Shown here piece after piece: positions 36,884 to 50,444 of a DNA stretch of 64,000 bases. The stretch is from NCBI GenBank assembly GCA_964019335.1, contig OZ025744.1, forward strand, positions 248,001 to 312,000, in the 5' to 3' direction. Position 1 is the first letter of the stretch. Every line of letters starts with the position of its first letter. This DNA comes from Diplonema japonicum (taxonomy: Eukaryota > Protista > Euglenozoa: Diplonemea). The translations under genes and the position numbers were made by a program. Below the pieces are notes generated by a model. The model worked only from the letters and a program-made list of their open reading frames with translations. It had not been told where the DNA came from and did not search any database.

Positions 36884-37628
36884 CTACGATGCAAACTCCA
36901 CATAACTATCCCCGTCACCCTCATCAACATCCATGTCTCCCGATTCTTCCTGCAGTGGCTGAGCCTGCACCTGATCCTGAACCTGCGGTGGCTGAGCCTG
37001 AGGTTGCCCATCATCCGACTCCGTATCATAATCCAAATCAAGGTTTCTATCTGTCAATTTTGCACGACAGTTAGGGCATGTAGGGTGCTTCCTCCTTCTC
37101 TTTTCAATGAGATACGTTATGTACGAAGCCATGCAGGCATGGTGCAGACGGTGCCCGCAGTTTGGAAGTTCCACACAAGTGTCGTCAACCAGATCTTCAA
37201 GACACACGCTGCATTGGGAAATTGTGGCGTCAGGGGAGAGCTGTACTTTCATCTCCTCCAACAGAGCGTCGTACCGCTTCCGGTATAAGTCCACCATTTC
37301 CTCTTCCAAGAGGGGTTCGCCCTGCTGCGGTTCAGTCCTACGCCTGTCATTCACCTTTGCCCTGTATAGGTACAACCCAAAGGTCAGCATGCAAAACCCA
37401 ATCGATGCGAACAGTGCAGCATACACAGAACCTGTCGGGTAGAACACGTGTAATGTTGGGACTGATGTTGGGACGGGAGGGGGCGGGTCGTATCTATAAG
37501 CGGAGCATATTTTAAAAAAATTCGAAGCGGGTATCTGACCCGTCATGGAGCCGCCGTTGTCACCCCAATACGCGGTGCGGTTGGACGCGAGCTTGAAACA
37601 CTTCTCCGGTGTTATGGTTACTTCGTCG

Positions 37629-37659
<31 letters not shown>

Positions 37660-40231
37660 GGTTCTCCACCACCTCCCCGCCCCACAGCAACCCGAAAAAC
37701 TTCGCGGATTCTTGGCATCGGGACATAGTTGGGACTTCCTGGTACCCCATGGCCCCGCAGTCGCCTTGAATGCCCATCATGATGTAAGGGTTCATGTTGC
37801 ACACGGCAGGGTTGGACATTGTTGGTGGGTCTTCTGTGAAGACAAGCTGGTTTTCCATGAACAGGCAGAATCCCGTTGTTGCGTTCGGTAGGACAAGAGG
37901 GAGGTTGAGATAGTATGCTGCAGCGGTGCAGGCTCCCACTGATGTCACCGGGTGCCGTCCTACTGGGCACGATGGTGTGGTTGGGATGGTGAAGTCGTTG
38001 CCGTTCGTGAACCTCGACTGGAAGTCGCACGGGATCTCCGGACAGGTTCTTCCACAACAGTGTTCCTTGCCGCCTGCACACGAGGTCGATTTGCACATAA
38101 CAGGGTTTTCAGCGGGGCAGCGGAGGAGACCGGAATTCTTCGAACAGCATCCTTCCGCAAAGCAACGGATACCGTTGATGCAGTCGTACCCGTGCAACCA
38201 GTTGCTTCCCCCGTGCATGGGGCAAGGCGGGCCGGACACTGTGTGCGCGACATCGCCGGTGTTGCTATCGCCACGTGAAAACAGTATGATCTTCCCGTTG
38301 AATTTGAACAAAACGGATGTTCCGTCCGGTGTGGCACTGATATCAGGTGAGTCATGGGTGTCGCTGTCCGGCACGCATACAGCGGATTCCGTAGGAGATA
38401 GTTTTTTACATGTTGTACCCTCCGTGCAGAGTCTTGACAAATCGGTGTTTTTAGAACCCTCGACCGCCCAGCAGCTCTGCCACGCAGGGATCACAATAGG
38501 CTCGTCGACACAGTAGAAATGCGTCGGAACAGAGTTTCGGTTGTTTCTGTTCTGAACCTCTGAACCGCATACTAGGCTGTCTGTGGAGTTGGAACACGTC
38601 TCGGGTTCGTCGAAAGACCATGTTACAGAGCATCTCGAAGGATCTGAACATATATCTGCAATCCTGCACAAAATCTTCTCATCGTCGTCGTTGCTGTCAA
38701 TTTTCTGAACGGATTCACCAGAATCGTCGATTCGACGCGTGTTGTCGGCAAGAATCCTGACAGCAACGGTTTTCGTGTCCACAATATTGGAGGCATCGAG
38801 GATACCAATGTCCATCTTGTCATCCACGAGGTATGTTGATATGTTTACCAAACCGTTCCCGGAGGACGAGACTCCAATAATATACGGCTTTCTGTACACA
38901 CCGGTTGCGGCCAATGTGTTTAAACGCCCACGAGCGCTTCGAAGGCTTGTTGTACGTGGCGGTGCGGTCTGACCGATGTAAACACTATCTGTCTGCATGT
39001 CCTGGGTGATGATGTAATACCCATGCTCGAAATAGTTGGATCGAAGTGGTGTGAACGGGGAAAGTTGGATTCGCTGTGCAACGGGAGTCGGGACCGTGGA
39101 ACAGTACCGTGATTCACTGCACGGGTTTTTATTTGACGTTGATGTAAAGAACGGGTAGTCAACCGTATTTGGGTGAACGTACGCCGGACCTACGTGAACA
39201 AAATTGTACAGAATCGCATCGACGTCGGTGTGGTACCCTTTTGAAAAACCCCGGGTGTGGCAGGTTTCAGAGTTCCAATATATACAACCATTGCTGTGCG
39301 GTTGCACCGCGGTGCACGGCCAGTTCGACGCGAACTTATTCTCGCATGTTTGGAAACAACTTTGCATTTTTGTCCAAGGAGGGCCTTCGTTCTCTTTAAT
39401 ATAGTCAAGACCCTCTGTGTACAATGACGTGTCGCAATACGCTGATGAAGATACGGTTGTTGCGGTTCGTTGAATCTTGTATCGGCGAAGAGTGGTGTCC
39501 GACAGTTTCACCAATAGGTTCATCGCACCTTGGTTCAACGATAGTCCTTTGACGAAGGCTATGACGTTGTTTTTGTCGTCAAAATAATCGGTTATGTCGA
39601 CAATTGTCGGGCCGTGAAGTACAACGTCGCTTTCAGGATTTGAAGGATCGTTTTGCTGGACAGCGATGACCGAGACCCTCCAAGATTGCGAGGCTGCAAC
39701 TACATCGCCTGAAGGTGTCGTTGATAGATGCGAAACGTTGGGTAACATTGGAACTGGTCCATCCCACGTCATTCTCGTCGTTTGCGGGGTGTTTAAAACG
39801 GTGTTGATGATGAATTTTGTGTTTTTTGTGATCTCGGTGGGGAGGACGTAAACCCTGATTTCTCCGTTTTCCGTTCCGATAAACATACGCCGGCCTTCTT
39901 GAGCGATTGCAATTGAACTCGCTTTTTTGCCCCCGGTGAGGTCTTCGATTTTTTCCACAAACGGTGCCGCTCCGGGTACTTTGTGTTGAATCCAGCCCCA
40001 CGCGGTACGTATCACAAATACTCCGTTTTCCGACAAAATTCCAATGTATCTCCCCGACCCACCGAAGGCCATATGTTGGATTTTTCCTGTTGTTGCCGTG
40101 TATTCCAGGTCCCACACGGTGGATAAGCTTTCGAGGTTTGACAGCGGTTTTTGTTCGCTTGGGTCGCCGGCTGCGTTCGCCGATGAGACAGCATGGAAGC
40201 AAACCCATGCAATGACAATACGGCTTGCCAT
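36884..40231 (-). CDS. Type I membrane protein with large Cys-rich ectodomain and cytosolic RING-H2 E3 ligase domain (1115 aa)
   Basis: Signal peptide MASRIVIAWVCFHAVSSANA; TM VYAALFASIGFCMLTFGLYLY; RING-H2 CSVCLED...LPNCGHRLHHACM...CPNCR. Confidence 0.88.
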
Positions 40232-40593
40232 TTTTTTTTTTTTTCTTTTTAGATAATATATATGTATCGGTATTTTTTCACAGTTGCATTTACTTTTCTC
40301 GACCCCACCCCCCTCCTCTTTCCTGGAAGTGGTGGGGGTAATTTTTTTTTTTTTTTTTCAAATCCAATCATAATCCAAAGAATAGATGTAACTGAAATTG
40401 AAAGGAGATAAAAAAAAAGGGGGGGAGGTGGGGATGGGGAAAACCACTACACACAGAGAATAAAAAAAATAACCCCCCTTCTCCTCGACTTTTTTTTTAT
40501 GTCATTATTTCCATCTTTTCTTCTTGAGGAATTGTGAGGGGAGGGGGGATAAAAAAAGGGTTTAGAAAAAGAAACAGGGGGGCAAAAAAAAAA

Positions 40594-40745
40594 CTATTCT
40601 AGGTATAGCGCGCTTTGCGCTAACGACCAATGTCTGGGTCTAGTTTGGAAAAAAAAAAAAAAAAAAAAAATCTCACAAAGCACGCGTGCTCCACCCACCA
40701 GCGTCTCTTGAAAGAGGTGATGCGGTTGAAGTTTGCTCGGGGCTG

Positions 40746-40780
<35 letters not shown>

Positions 40781-42095
40781 CCCGTTTCACCCACAAAAAA
40801 AAAAAAAAAAAAAAAAAAAAATCACACCTCATATTCGGGCTCTCCTGCTTATCCCCCTTTGCCCACACTGGGTTGGGTACTCCAACAGCATAGGACCTAT
40901 CATCCAATTCCAAGAGTGCCACCTTGGATCCACTGAACCCCCCAGATGACGAGAAAGAATTGTTGTGCATCACTGGGCTCCTCGGCGACGGTGTCGGCGT
41001 GGCAGGTTTCTGCTGTTGTTGTTGCCGCTGTTTCTTAGGCCGGATGATCCCTTTGCTAGAACGTGGAACGGCTGTTAAAGAGCTTTGAAACTCGGGGTGT
41101 CGGGTGGCGGTCCTCGAAACAAATTCCCGGAACTTTCGGGGGTTCCCTAGCGTGGCTGTAGATGTGGATTGAACTCCCTCCCTCCTGGCCTTAACTGCAG
41201 CGGCGGCATCGGCATCTCTGACCCATTTTGTCAACATGTCTGTAGTCCGGTTTGTAGGAGCAACTGAACAGCCTTGCCTTCGCAGCTTCGCTGCTTTTGT
41301 TTCCCTGTACAGCCGTGGGGTTTTTTGCGGGTCTGCGGGTGCGGAGTGTTTGTAAAAGTTTACCGACTTCTTCTTAACCGGAGGGGGTTTCTTCCGCTCT
41401 TCTTCTACAGCGTGAAGCTTCCTTGGTGGTACCGGTTTGCTCTTGGCGGCAACTTTTTTCTTCTTCTTGACAACGGTCGGTGCGGTGTACAAGGGGAGAT
41501 CGTCGATTAGTTCAGGTGTCATCCCGGGTACCACAGGTGCGTCGTGAGTGTGCGAAATTGTTTTTTCGCTCGCGGTTGTTTCCTCCCACGGGTCGAGCGT
41601 CGCGGAAGACGGTCTGGGCCTTTCAATAATTTCAATAGGTTGTGGCGGAATAACTGGGTGGTCCATGATGACCACATGAGCGAAGTCTTTTAAGTTGCGG
41701 AAATACCGTCTTGCAAGGGTTTGTTCAGATTTGTTTGAAACAATTTTGCAGGATTCCTCTCGAAGCCGCGCTACACGAAGGCAGAGGGTGCCTGGGCAGG
41801 TTGTGATCAAGTCCTTCACGGCTAGGCCTGCCGATTGCAAAAAATCCGAGATTTCCGGTTTTTTCAGGATTTCCGCAGTTTTGCCACCCACATTCGACCC
41901 CTTTGTCATTTCTAGTGTGCACCATCTTATTGATGCATCTACTTTTTCCACATTCACACCCTCTATCTCCCTGCACTGGACGAGGAGCGCTTTTATTCTC
42001 CGGACTTCCACCTTCCCGCTCCCTTCGCCGTCTAGTTGTCTTAACCTTGTTTGGAACGCTCTTTCTTGCGCCGTTCGCGAGCCTCCTGCGCCCAT
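40594..42095 (-). CDS. Hypothetical N-myristoylation-candidate protein with disordered C-half, three exons
   Basis: MGAGGS start; introns 40743..40827 and 40640..40676 give ...NMSPEQTSTASPLSRDAGGWSTRALPRHWSLAQSALYLE*. Confidence 0.7.
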
Positions 42096-42472
42096 TTTCC
42101 CTTTCTTCTTCTTTTTTTCCCCTTTCCTCCCTCCCCTCCCTCTTTTTTTTTGTAGTTTAAAAGAAAAAAAAGAAAAGGTTAAGAAAAGAAGGGAAGGGGA
42201 AAGGGAAAGGGAAAGGGGGAAGATATTTTTTTAGGGGGGGGAAGGTTAGGGGGGGGAGGAGGGGAGGGGGAGAAAAAAAAAAGAAGAATCTTCTTTTTGT
42301 TTTGTTTTTCTGTTAAATCTAAAAAAAGAGGGGCGGGGGGGGGGGGGGGGGGGGGCGATTCCCCCATCCCTTCATTTGCCCTTACTTTTTTTTTCTTCCT
42401 TATCCCCTCTATGTTATAAAAAAATAAAGTAGTTAATATTTTCAAAAAAGTAAAAAAAAAAAAAACACTGAA

Positions 42473-42523
<51 letters not shown>

Positions 42524-42618
42524 TCTACAAAAAATAAAAACACTTTTTTGTTTTCCTCCAAAACACCTCCCATTATCAACCCTCCCCCTCCCCGTTTTTT
42601 TCTTCTTCTTTTTTTTAT

Positions 42619-42920
42619 CTATTTCCACAGTTTTTTGGCGCTCATATCCTGGTCGCCACCCTTGTCCATAACCTTCACAACCGCCATCTGGAAGTCTTCC
42701 TGTGTAACGTGCACACGTCGTTCACGCAGGGCGAACATTCCTATGGATTTTTTTTTTTTTTTTTTCCCTCCTCCCCATCCCCAACACACACCTGCCTCTG
42801 TAGCGCAACCCTTAATCTCAGCACCAGACGCACCAATTAGTTTTTCAGCAATGACCCGAAGGTTGACCCCCCGCATAAGGTTCATCTTGCGGGAGTGGAT
42901 CCTGAGAATGTCCAACCTGT

Positions 42921-42959
<39 letters not shown>

Positions 42960-43822
42960 CCTGGCATCTTCCGAAGGCGCTGGGAATTCGATCTTTCTGT
43001 CGATCCTACCAGGCCTCAGCAACGCGGAGTCCAAAATGTCAATACGGTTGGTGGCCATAATGACCTTGATAGATGTGGTGCTTTCAAAACCGTCCAACTG
43101 GTTCAAAAGTTCCAACATAGTCCGCTGCACTTCAGAGTCCCCACCACCAGACCCACCACCGCCGTCCATGCGCGCGGACCCGATACTGTCGATCTCGTCC
43201 ATGAAGATAATGGAAGGTGCCTTCTCACGGGCCATTACGAAAAGCTCTCTGACCATTCTTGAACCTTCTCCGATATATTTCTGAACCAGCTCAGATCCGG
43301 ACACTCGAATGAAAGTACAGTCAGTGTGATGAGCCACAGCTCTGGCAAGCAGTGTTTTCCCGGTACCAGGGGGGCCGTACAGTAGAACACCCTTCGGTTG
43401 TGCGATACCCAGGGCATCGAAAAGTCCAGGGTGTTTGATGGGTAGCTCGATAACTTCTTTAATTTCCTTAATCTGTCTGTCAAGCCCGCCGATCATATCG
43501 TAGGTAGACCCGGGGACTTTTTCAACCCTCATCAGCGACACCAAAGGGTCCACCTTTGTGGGGAGCACCTTGTGTAGAGCATAGGTTTCCGACCTGAGCG
43601 CTACCCTTGTGTTCGTTGAAAGTGTGGTGGGGTCGATGTCTCTGTCTATGGCCACCACGTACTTCCCCTCCGTTCCGATTTTCACTAGAACCTTCTTCTT
43701 TGACATGACCTTGATGACCTCGCCGACAGCGGACCCGCTTTCCAGAAGGTGGTAGTTTTCGTCCCTGAGGTTCCGGACTTTTCTGTTGTTTTCATTTCTA
43801 CGTGCCTGTGGTGGTGGGGGTG

Positions 43823-43866
<44 letters not shown>

Positions 43867-43965
43867 TAGTACCTCCAATCTCAGAAAATTCTCCTGTTTC
43901 TTTCTCTCCGTTGCTCTTCCCTCCTCGAGCTTTGCAGTGTAGTATCTTCCGGCTGACGCCTCCAT
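42619..43965 (-). CDS. RPT6: 26S proteasome AAA-ATPase regulatory subunit 8
   Basis: [52 protein letters not shown]-terminal KKLWK; introns 43806..43872, 42917..42960 and 42741..42791. Confidence 0.97.
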
Positions 43966-44389
43966 GTTTATTTTTATTTTATTTTTCTCTCTTTTTTTTT
44001 TTCTCTCTTCTTTTATATAAAACAGACGACCTTATTTGTTTTGTTGTTGTTGTTTTTTTTTTTTTTAGAGTAAATAAAGGCACTAGTAGTCCTTTTTTTT
44101 TTTAAAGAGAAATAAAAAAAAAAAACCAAGAAGGAAAACAAAATAAATACGCCCACTCTTTTTTTTTTTTTTTTTTTTCCCTTTTTCCCCCCCAAGGGTT
44201 AGCCAGTAAAGGAAAGAGGGGGGAATCATAAAAAAAAAATCACAAGAGGGGGAACGAAGTTTTTTTCCTTCCCCCCCCCCTCTTCCTCTCCTAATGTACA
44301 CAATAAAAAAAAAACGGGAAAAAAAAAAAAGGTGTATGCCTCCTCCCATCTCATCCCATTATTTAGTATTTTTTTTTTTTTTTTTTTTT

Positions 44390-44887
44390 TCAAGCAGCCA
44401 GTTTCGCTGTAGCGGCCACAGCAGCTTTGTCGAAAGCTGCCTTGTCAGTCGCGAGCTGTTGAGCGATGTCAGGTTCCAGAGGATTTTCCGGTCTAGGGGA
44501 GCAGAGCAATTCTCGCACTTGGAGCAAAATATCGATAATTTTGATGGAGGGCTTCCATGAGTTCCCCGTTCCGATCGCTTCGCTGCACACATCGCCGGTG
44601 TCCTGTTTCACACTGGGGTGGTAGGGCACTGTCCTGAACTGAAAGGAAGGAGCCTTGAACGGATATTCTGTAGGGATTGTCACCTCAACGGCAAAGATGC
44701 CGCCCTCGTAAGGGGTGCCCTTTGGCCCTTCGACTTGGGCAGTCCACTTGAACTGTTTTTTTTTTTTTTTTTTTTTTTTTTTTTCCTCCCGTACCATGTC
44801 AGTTTCGTTGGCCGCTACACTCACGCCTTCCACAGGCTCCTTCATGAGCTCGGAGAGCTCTTTGCCCAGCCTTCTTGTCGAAGCCAT
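44390..44887 (-). CDS. Ubiquitin-conjugating enzyme E2 (UBC4/UBE2L3-like)
   Basis: RRLGKEL, GPKGTPYEGG, YPFKAP, YHPSV...GDVC, WKP; intron 44753..44794. Confidence 0.92.
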   Translation of the reverse strand: MASTRRLGKELSELMKEPVEGVSVAANETDMVREEKKKKKKKKKQFKWTAQVEGPKGTPYEGGIFAVEVTIPTEYPFKAPSFQFRTVPYHPSVKQDTGDVCSEAIGTGNSWKPSIKIIDILLQVRELLCSPRPENPLEPDIAQQLATDKAAFDKAAVAATAKLAA

Positions 44888-44917
44888 ATTTTTTATTTTT
44901 TTTTTTCTTTTTTGCTG

Positions 44918-44948
<31 letters not shown>

Positions 44949-45051
44949 GACGAGTCTTTGACTTGTCTAAACAAAAGGGGAACGTTGGCAACGTGTTCGG
45001 GTTGACAAACTTCTCCAGGTTTTTACCCGGCACGTACAAACAACGGCCAGT

Positions 45052-45083
<32 letters not shown>

Positions 45084-45364
45084 CTTGCATGGAAAGAATA
45101 GAATGTGAAAGGGAAAAAAAAAAAGGAAGAAAAATAAAAAAAAGGGAGTGGTAGAGAGAGAAAAATAAAAAATGGGGGTATAAAAGAAAAATGGGTACGC
45201 GCGGTTGTCGGTAATTTGAAAAAAAAAAAAAAAACGATTTTTTTTCCCTCTCTTTTTTTTTTAAAATGCGTGTTCCCGACCCCCAGTGGGGGAAAAAGAA
45301 AAAAAGGAGAAAAAAAAACTCAACTTTGTGATAGATGTTATGAAAAAAAAGAGAAAATTGTACA

Positions 45365-45395
<31 letters not shown>

Positions 45396-46691
45396 TGTTT
45401 GTTTAATGATACCGCGTCGCATCGGCTTACACCAATAAAAAAAAAAAAAGAATAAAAAAAGGGGGGAAGAAAAAGAAAAAAAAAGGTTCTTTTATGTAAT
45501 TTCACAGGGGAAAAATATACAGAGCAATCAGTTTGTGATCGCTCAATGCATGAAGGAAATGAAGGGAATTAAAGTTCGCCCCCTTTTTTCCAGAGAATTT
45601 GAATGATGAAGACTGTAATAGCAGGGCTTGCATTTTTTCTTTTTTTTTTTTTTTTTTTTTTTGCGCCTTTGATTAACACTGCTTTTTTTTTTTTTCTCTT
45701 TTTTGTTTCCTCTTTTTTTTTTTATTTCTCAGTTTTTTAAAAAAAAAAAAGGGCTCGGAATGGAAGAAAGAAAATATAGAAAAATGAATGAAAAATACTT
45801 TTTTTTTTTTTTTTAAAAAGAAAGCAATAAAAAAAGACATGGACAGTTCAGTTCTTCTTTTTTTTTTTATTTCGCTTTTTGTCACTTTTTTTTTTTCCTA
45901 CCCGGTTCTGGGGGAGTTGGGGGAAAAGTTTTTTTTGGCGTCTGAGAGGGAAAAAAAAGGCGCTATTCAAGGGTAAGTCTCACCCTTTTAAAAAAAAGTT
46001 TTTTTTTTGAAGAACGAACACATTTAGTTCTGTGAATAAACGGGAAATAAAAAAAATAAAAAGTTTTTTTTTAAAGAAAAAAAAATAGAAAGGAGGGGGA
46101 AAAGGTGGAATAATCCAGCAGTAACAACGAACAGATTGGAAAAAAAAAAAAAGAAATAAAGAAAGGAAGAAGAAAAAAAAAACCCGGCATTTAAATATTA
46201 ACTCCTCTTTATTTTCTCACCTCACCCGCCATATTAAAATATTCCCCTCTTCATTATCCCCTGCTAGTGCCCCCCCTAGGTTGGCAAAAGCAGGGAGGAG
46301 AGAAAGAGAAAAAAAAAAAAACAGAGTGTAAATAAAGAAGAGGGGCAACTGTGCTTAGGCGTAAAAGGCGCAGTGAGGGAGAGAAAAAAAGGGGGGGGAG
46401 ATAAAAGAGGAGTAATAAAAATGCACGGGGGGGGGGGGTTTTCTTTTTTTTTAAAAAAAAGAAAGGGGGGGTGTTTTTTTTTATACCTTATTTTTCAGCT
46501 AATATAGTGCAAACCCTGTGACAAGGAGGTGGAGAGGAGGAAGGGGAAAAAAAAAAAAAAAAAAAGATTTTTTTTTTTTTAAAGTGTCCTCCCACCCTTC
46601 CCCTACCAACAAGCAGCGAGCTTGTTTTTAAGGGCATGCAATAGCTTACTCATGGCTCCACAGTTGTTTTAAAGAAGAAAAAAAGAAGAAG

Positions 46692-46722
<31 letters not shown>

Positions 46723-48147
46723 TCGTTGCTTCCTGACAGAAATTACTACGTTAGAAGGGAGGGGAGGGAGGGGGGGGGGAAGAGAGGGAGAAATATAGCC
46801 ATCTCACTCTACATTGCTTTTTCTTTTTCATCTTTTTTTTTTTCTTTTTTCCTTCTTCTATTTCGCAGCAATGTAAAGTGTATGCATAACTGAAGAGGGG
46901 AAGGGGGGGGACCTGTGTAGTGCCAAAGCTGCGTAAGCATGAATTCGCGTATTTACCCAGCTTTTACTTTGCACTACATGAAATGAAAAAAGAAAAAAGT
47001 AGGTTAGGGGAAAAAAAAAAAATAATTTAACAGGCAGTTTCTTAGTAAACCCAAAATGAGTAAGCAGTTCATTACACCTCTCTTCCCTTACTCTCCTTTT
47101 TTTTTTCTTTTTCTTTTTCTTTTTCTAGTCATTTTGTTTGTACTTTGTGTATTTCTTCTTTTTTTTTTTTTTTACCTTCGCTATTCTTTTTTTTTTCTTT
47201 CTTTTCTTTTGAAATCTTCCGTTTTTTTTTCTTTTTAATTCACATTATCACCCCTCTTTTTTTTTTTTTTAAAGCTAAACTTGTATCGATGGGACTTTAA
47301 AAAAAAGGAGAGTGACAGAGGGGGGAAGAAAAAAAATAATTTAAAAAAAAAAACGGGGAGGGGTGAAAGGGGAGAGGGGGGAAAAAAAAGCTTTTAAAAA
47401 AATTAACTAAAGAAGAAGAAAAAAAATTAGGGGCAAAAAGAAAATAACAAGACATTTATCGCTTTTCCCAATCACCTCTTGGGTAGGAAGTAAGCAGATG
47501 GAAAGTCTTTTTTTTTTTTTTTTTTTTTTTTCCTTCCCTTATTTTTTTTTTCTCTTTTACTTTTAACTTTTTTTTTTTTTTTTCCACCAAGGCTAAAAAA
47601 AACCTAATTACAATCTAAAGGTTTTTTTTTTGTGTACATTTTTTTTTTTTTTTTTTTCATTTTTTTTCTCCCCTCTCGGCTACCGTTCCGGAAGAAAAAA
47701 AAATTTTTATTCATCCAAGCCAAAAGGTGGTCACCTTTGGGAACACATAGTTATTTGAAAAGGAACAAGAAACAAAGAAAAAAATATAAAGAGGCACATA
47801 GCAAGAGCGTAGAAATAGGGCAAAAAGAGAAATTCTGTCTGCCCAGTTAGAAAAAAAAGAATCTTTTTTTTATTTTATTTTATTTTGAAGCAATGACAAA
47901 GTCACATGACCCAGTTCTTGCAAAAAGAGATGGAAAAAAAAAGGGGGGGAGGAGAGAGAGAGAGAGAGAGAGGTTATTTTTTTTCTCCTTTTTTTTTTCT
48001 ATGTACAAAAAAAAAAAAAAAAACGTTTTGTAAGTTTCAGCATTTGTGGATTCCACCGTTCACCTTTAAAAAAAAAAATCGACCCCCCCCCGCCAACCAC
48101 CTATTTAAAAAAAAAACCAAACCCCCCCCAAAAAAAATTTTTTTTCC

Positions 48148-48852
48148 TCAAGCGCTAATCAGCAATGTGTAGTCATTAACAATCCCGAGCTTCTTGGCGT
48201 AAGGGTGGGTGCACAGGTTGTTGAGCTTTGGCTCCAGGTGCTGTCTCATGAACGCGAAAAATGTCATTGCGCTAGCAGAGCCAAGCAAAGAACCAGCCAC
48301 AGCCTGCTCAATCGAGTGGTCCTGAAGAATAATTCGAGATGGGGGGACCGGTGCAAGAATCAAAAGAGCAGCTACAGCCCACCACGACTTCACACAACTA
48401 TTATGCGTGTATTCGAGAAGAAACCACACAAGCAGTCCAATGCTAAGAAGCGAGTGTGACGAAGGCATTCCCGGCGACACCAGGCAGGACCCCATAGGTC
48501 TCGATTGCGGGAAGTTCCTCTTCACTAAAATTTCATTACAGATAACCATTACAGTAACGTAGCAAAGACCCGCCATCAAGGTGCTAGTCCGCCTTACTAC
48601 CGCCCCACCTATAATAGTGAGCGCCACCAGCCACGGTACGAAGCTGTAGGCAACAGCGATGCCCTCTCCGAGGGATGCGCCGAAGGGGACCGTTACGTCC
48701 ACGAACGGTTGCAGGCCGACTCCTCTGCACATGGATCTGAGGTCTTTGCCTGTCGGGCCCCCATCACCCAAGGCCACGACACACAGGGCCACGAGGGTGC
48801 ACACACATGACAGTGTCATTAAGCCAACCACCCGAACTCGGGATTTGTGCAT
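48148..48852 (-). CDS. PAP2-family phosphatase, dolichyldiphosphatase-like
   Basis: KxxxxxxRP (KRNFPQSRP), GMPSSHS and SRIILQDHSIEQ motifs; multiple TMs. Confidence 0.88.
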   Translation of the reverse strand: MHKSRVRVVGLMTLSCVCTLVALCVVALGDGGPTGKDLRSMCRGVGLQPFVDVTVPFGASLGEGIAVAYSFVPWLVALTIIGGAVVRRTSTLMAGLCYVTVMVICNEILVKRNFPQSRPMGSCLVSPGMPSSHSLLSIGLLVWFLLEYTHNSCVKSWWAVAALLILAPVPPSRIILQDHSIEQAVAGSLLGSASAMTFFAFMRQHLEPKLNNLCTHPYAKKLGIVNDYTLLISA

Positions 48853-48958
48853 TTTTTTTTTTTTTTTTTTTTTTTGCTCCTCCCACTTTTTTTTTTTTTT
48901 TATAAAGGGTACTTGAAAAAAAAAAAAAAAAAAATGAAAAATCACGATAAAAAATTAA

Positions 48959-50444
48959 CCATCTACCAACGAGCGTCTTTATAGAGACGATTTGAAAAAA
49001 AATCTTTTGCGCAAAGGGCTTTCAACGCAATACAGCCCGGCCACTTCTCGCATCCGGGGTCCTGCGCGGAAAATATGAAAAATATAAACTAAATGCTGCC
49101 GCCCCACTAACTTAACAAGAAAAAGAAAAAAGAAAAAAAAAACGCCAGCTTAAATTTACCCTTAAAAATCACTTCAAAAAAGGGCGCCCAGAAAGAGGCC
49201 GGAAGAGGACATTATGAGTGATGGTAGCACTGATGGCTCATCCCTATTATGCAATTTTGGTACGGACAGTGATTCTGATACGAATTCGACCGATTCCGAG
49301 TCACAGCAGGGTGATTGGACGGCAAAGCCGGAGCGGTTGGAAGGCATCCGGTTTCGTGAAGATCGGAATCCTTGTGGACCCTGTTTTGACATCAGAGGCT
49401 CAACGCCATTCCATATATTCCCCCAAATGCTCGCCCCAAACGTTATTTGGGTCACAATTTCGAACAATGTGGCAAATGCGGCTAAAAAAAGGTGTTTCCC
49501 TGGATCTCAATGCTGCTTCTTTGCGTACCTTCCTAGGTGCCCTTTTGTCGATGGACTTGGATAGGCCTTTGCGATAGGTAGAAGTCAGCACGCTTGTTTG
49601 TTTCGCTGTGGAAACACAGATTTCCCAGAATAGTCAAAAAGCGGTCTCTTGACATGACGGTGGCGTACCCAGGGTGTGGTTGAGAGACGTGGAGCCAGTG
49701 TGCCAGTAGTCAGAATAATCTGGCATGATCGGAGATCACGGATGCCCCAAAGAAGCGAGGCCGCAAGCCCAAGGACACGCATCCTGTGGCGACACCCAGT
49801 TCCACCAGCACGTGAGCATCCTCCACCACAACGTGGCATGACATCAAGCCTGTGCGCTTTCTGTCGACGTTGGATGTTCCGGTGAAGTCAAATTTGACGT
49901 GTCGGCCAAAAGAGAATGAAAGCCGGAAAGGACATCCCGCTCCCCACCAAGTGCATATTTACAACACCGCAATGGGCGGAACCGACGCTGGGTGATGCTG
50001 TGACAAAACGCCATAAACGCACCCTTATGACTTCGAAGTGGCCCCTGAAAGTATTTTCGTACTTGTTAGATAAATCTCTGGCAAATGCTTGGCTTGTTTG
50101 GAAAGAAGCATTGCCCCCCAACACCTCTCGGGGTCAAAAAAGAAGTCCCCCAGCGCTGGGGCACGTACGAACCGCGTCAAGAAGGCCTTAAATAGCTTTT
50201 TACAGAATTTTACAGTCGATTTTTTTTTGACTTGTTTTTTGTACCCCTTCTCGGGCACTTCAGGAACGATATTTTTGACAATGTTGTGAGGGTGGGCCCT
50301 GCTGTGGGCACCCTCTCTCTAGAATTGGGACATCTGGAGGCATTTCCGGGGGCATATAGCCCCGGCGTTGCGCTAGAATAGCTTTTTTTTTGAAGTTTTG
50401 AAAATTTACCCCCTGGTGGGCAAAAATGGTCCGTTGGTAGATGG
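48959..50444 (+). mobile_element. piggyBac-family transposon, internally deleted, degenerate transposase
   Basis: TTAA (48955..48958) + TIR CCATCTACCAACG ... CGTTGGTAGATGG + TTAA (50445..50448). Plus-strand remnants: acidic N-terminus/GP..TPFHIF, YNTAMGGTD and KWPLKVFSYLLDKSLANAWLVW in different frames. Confidence 0.9.
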
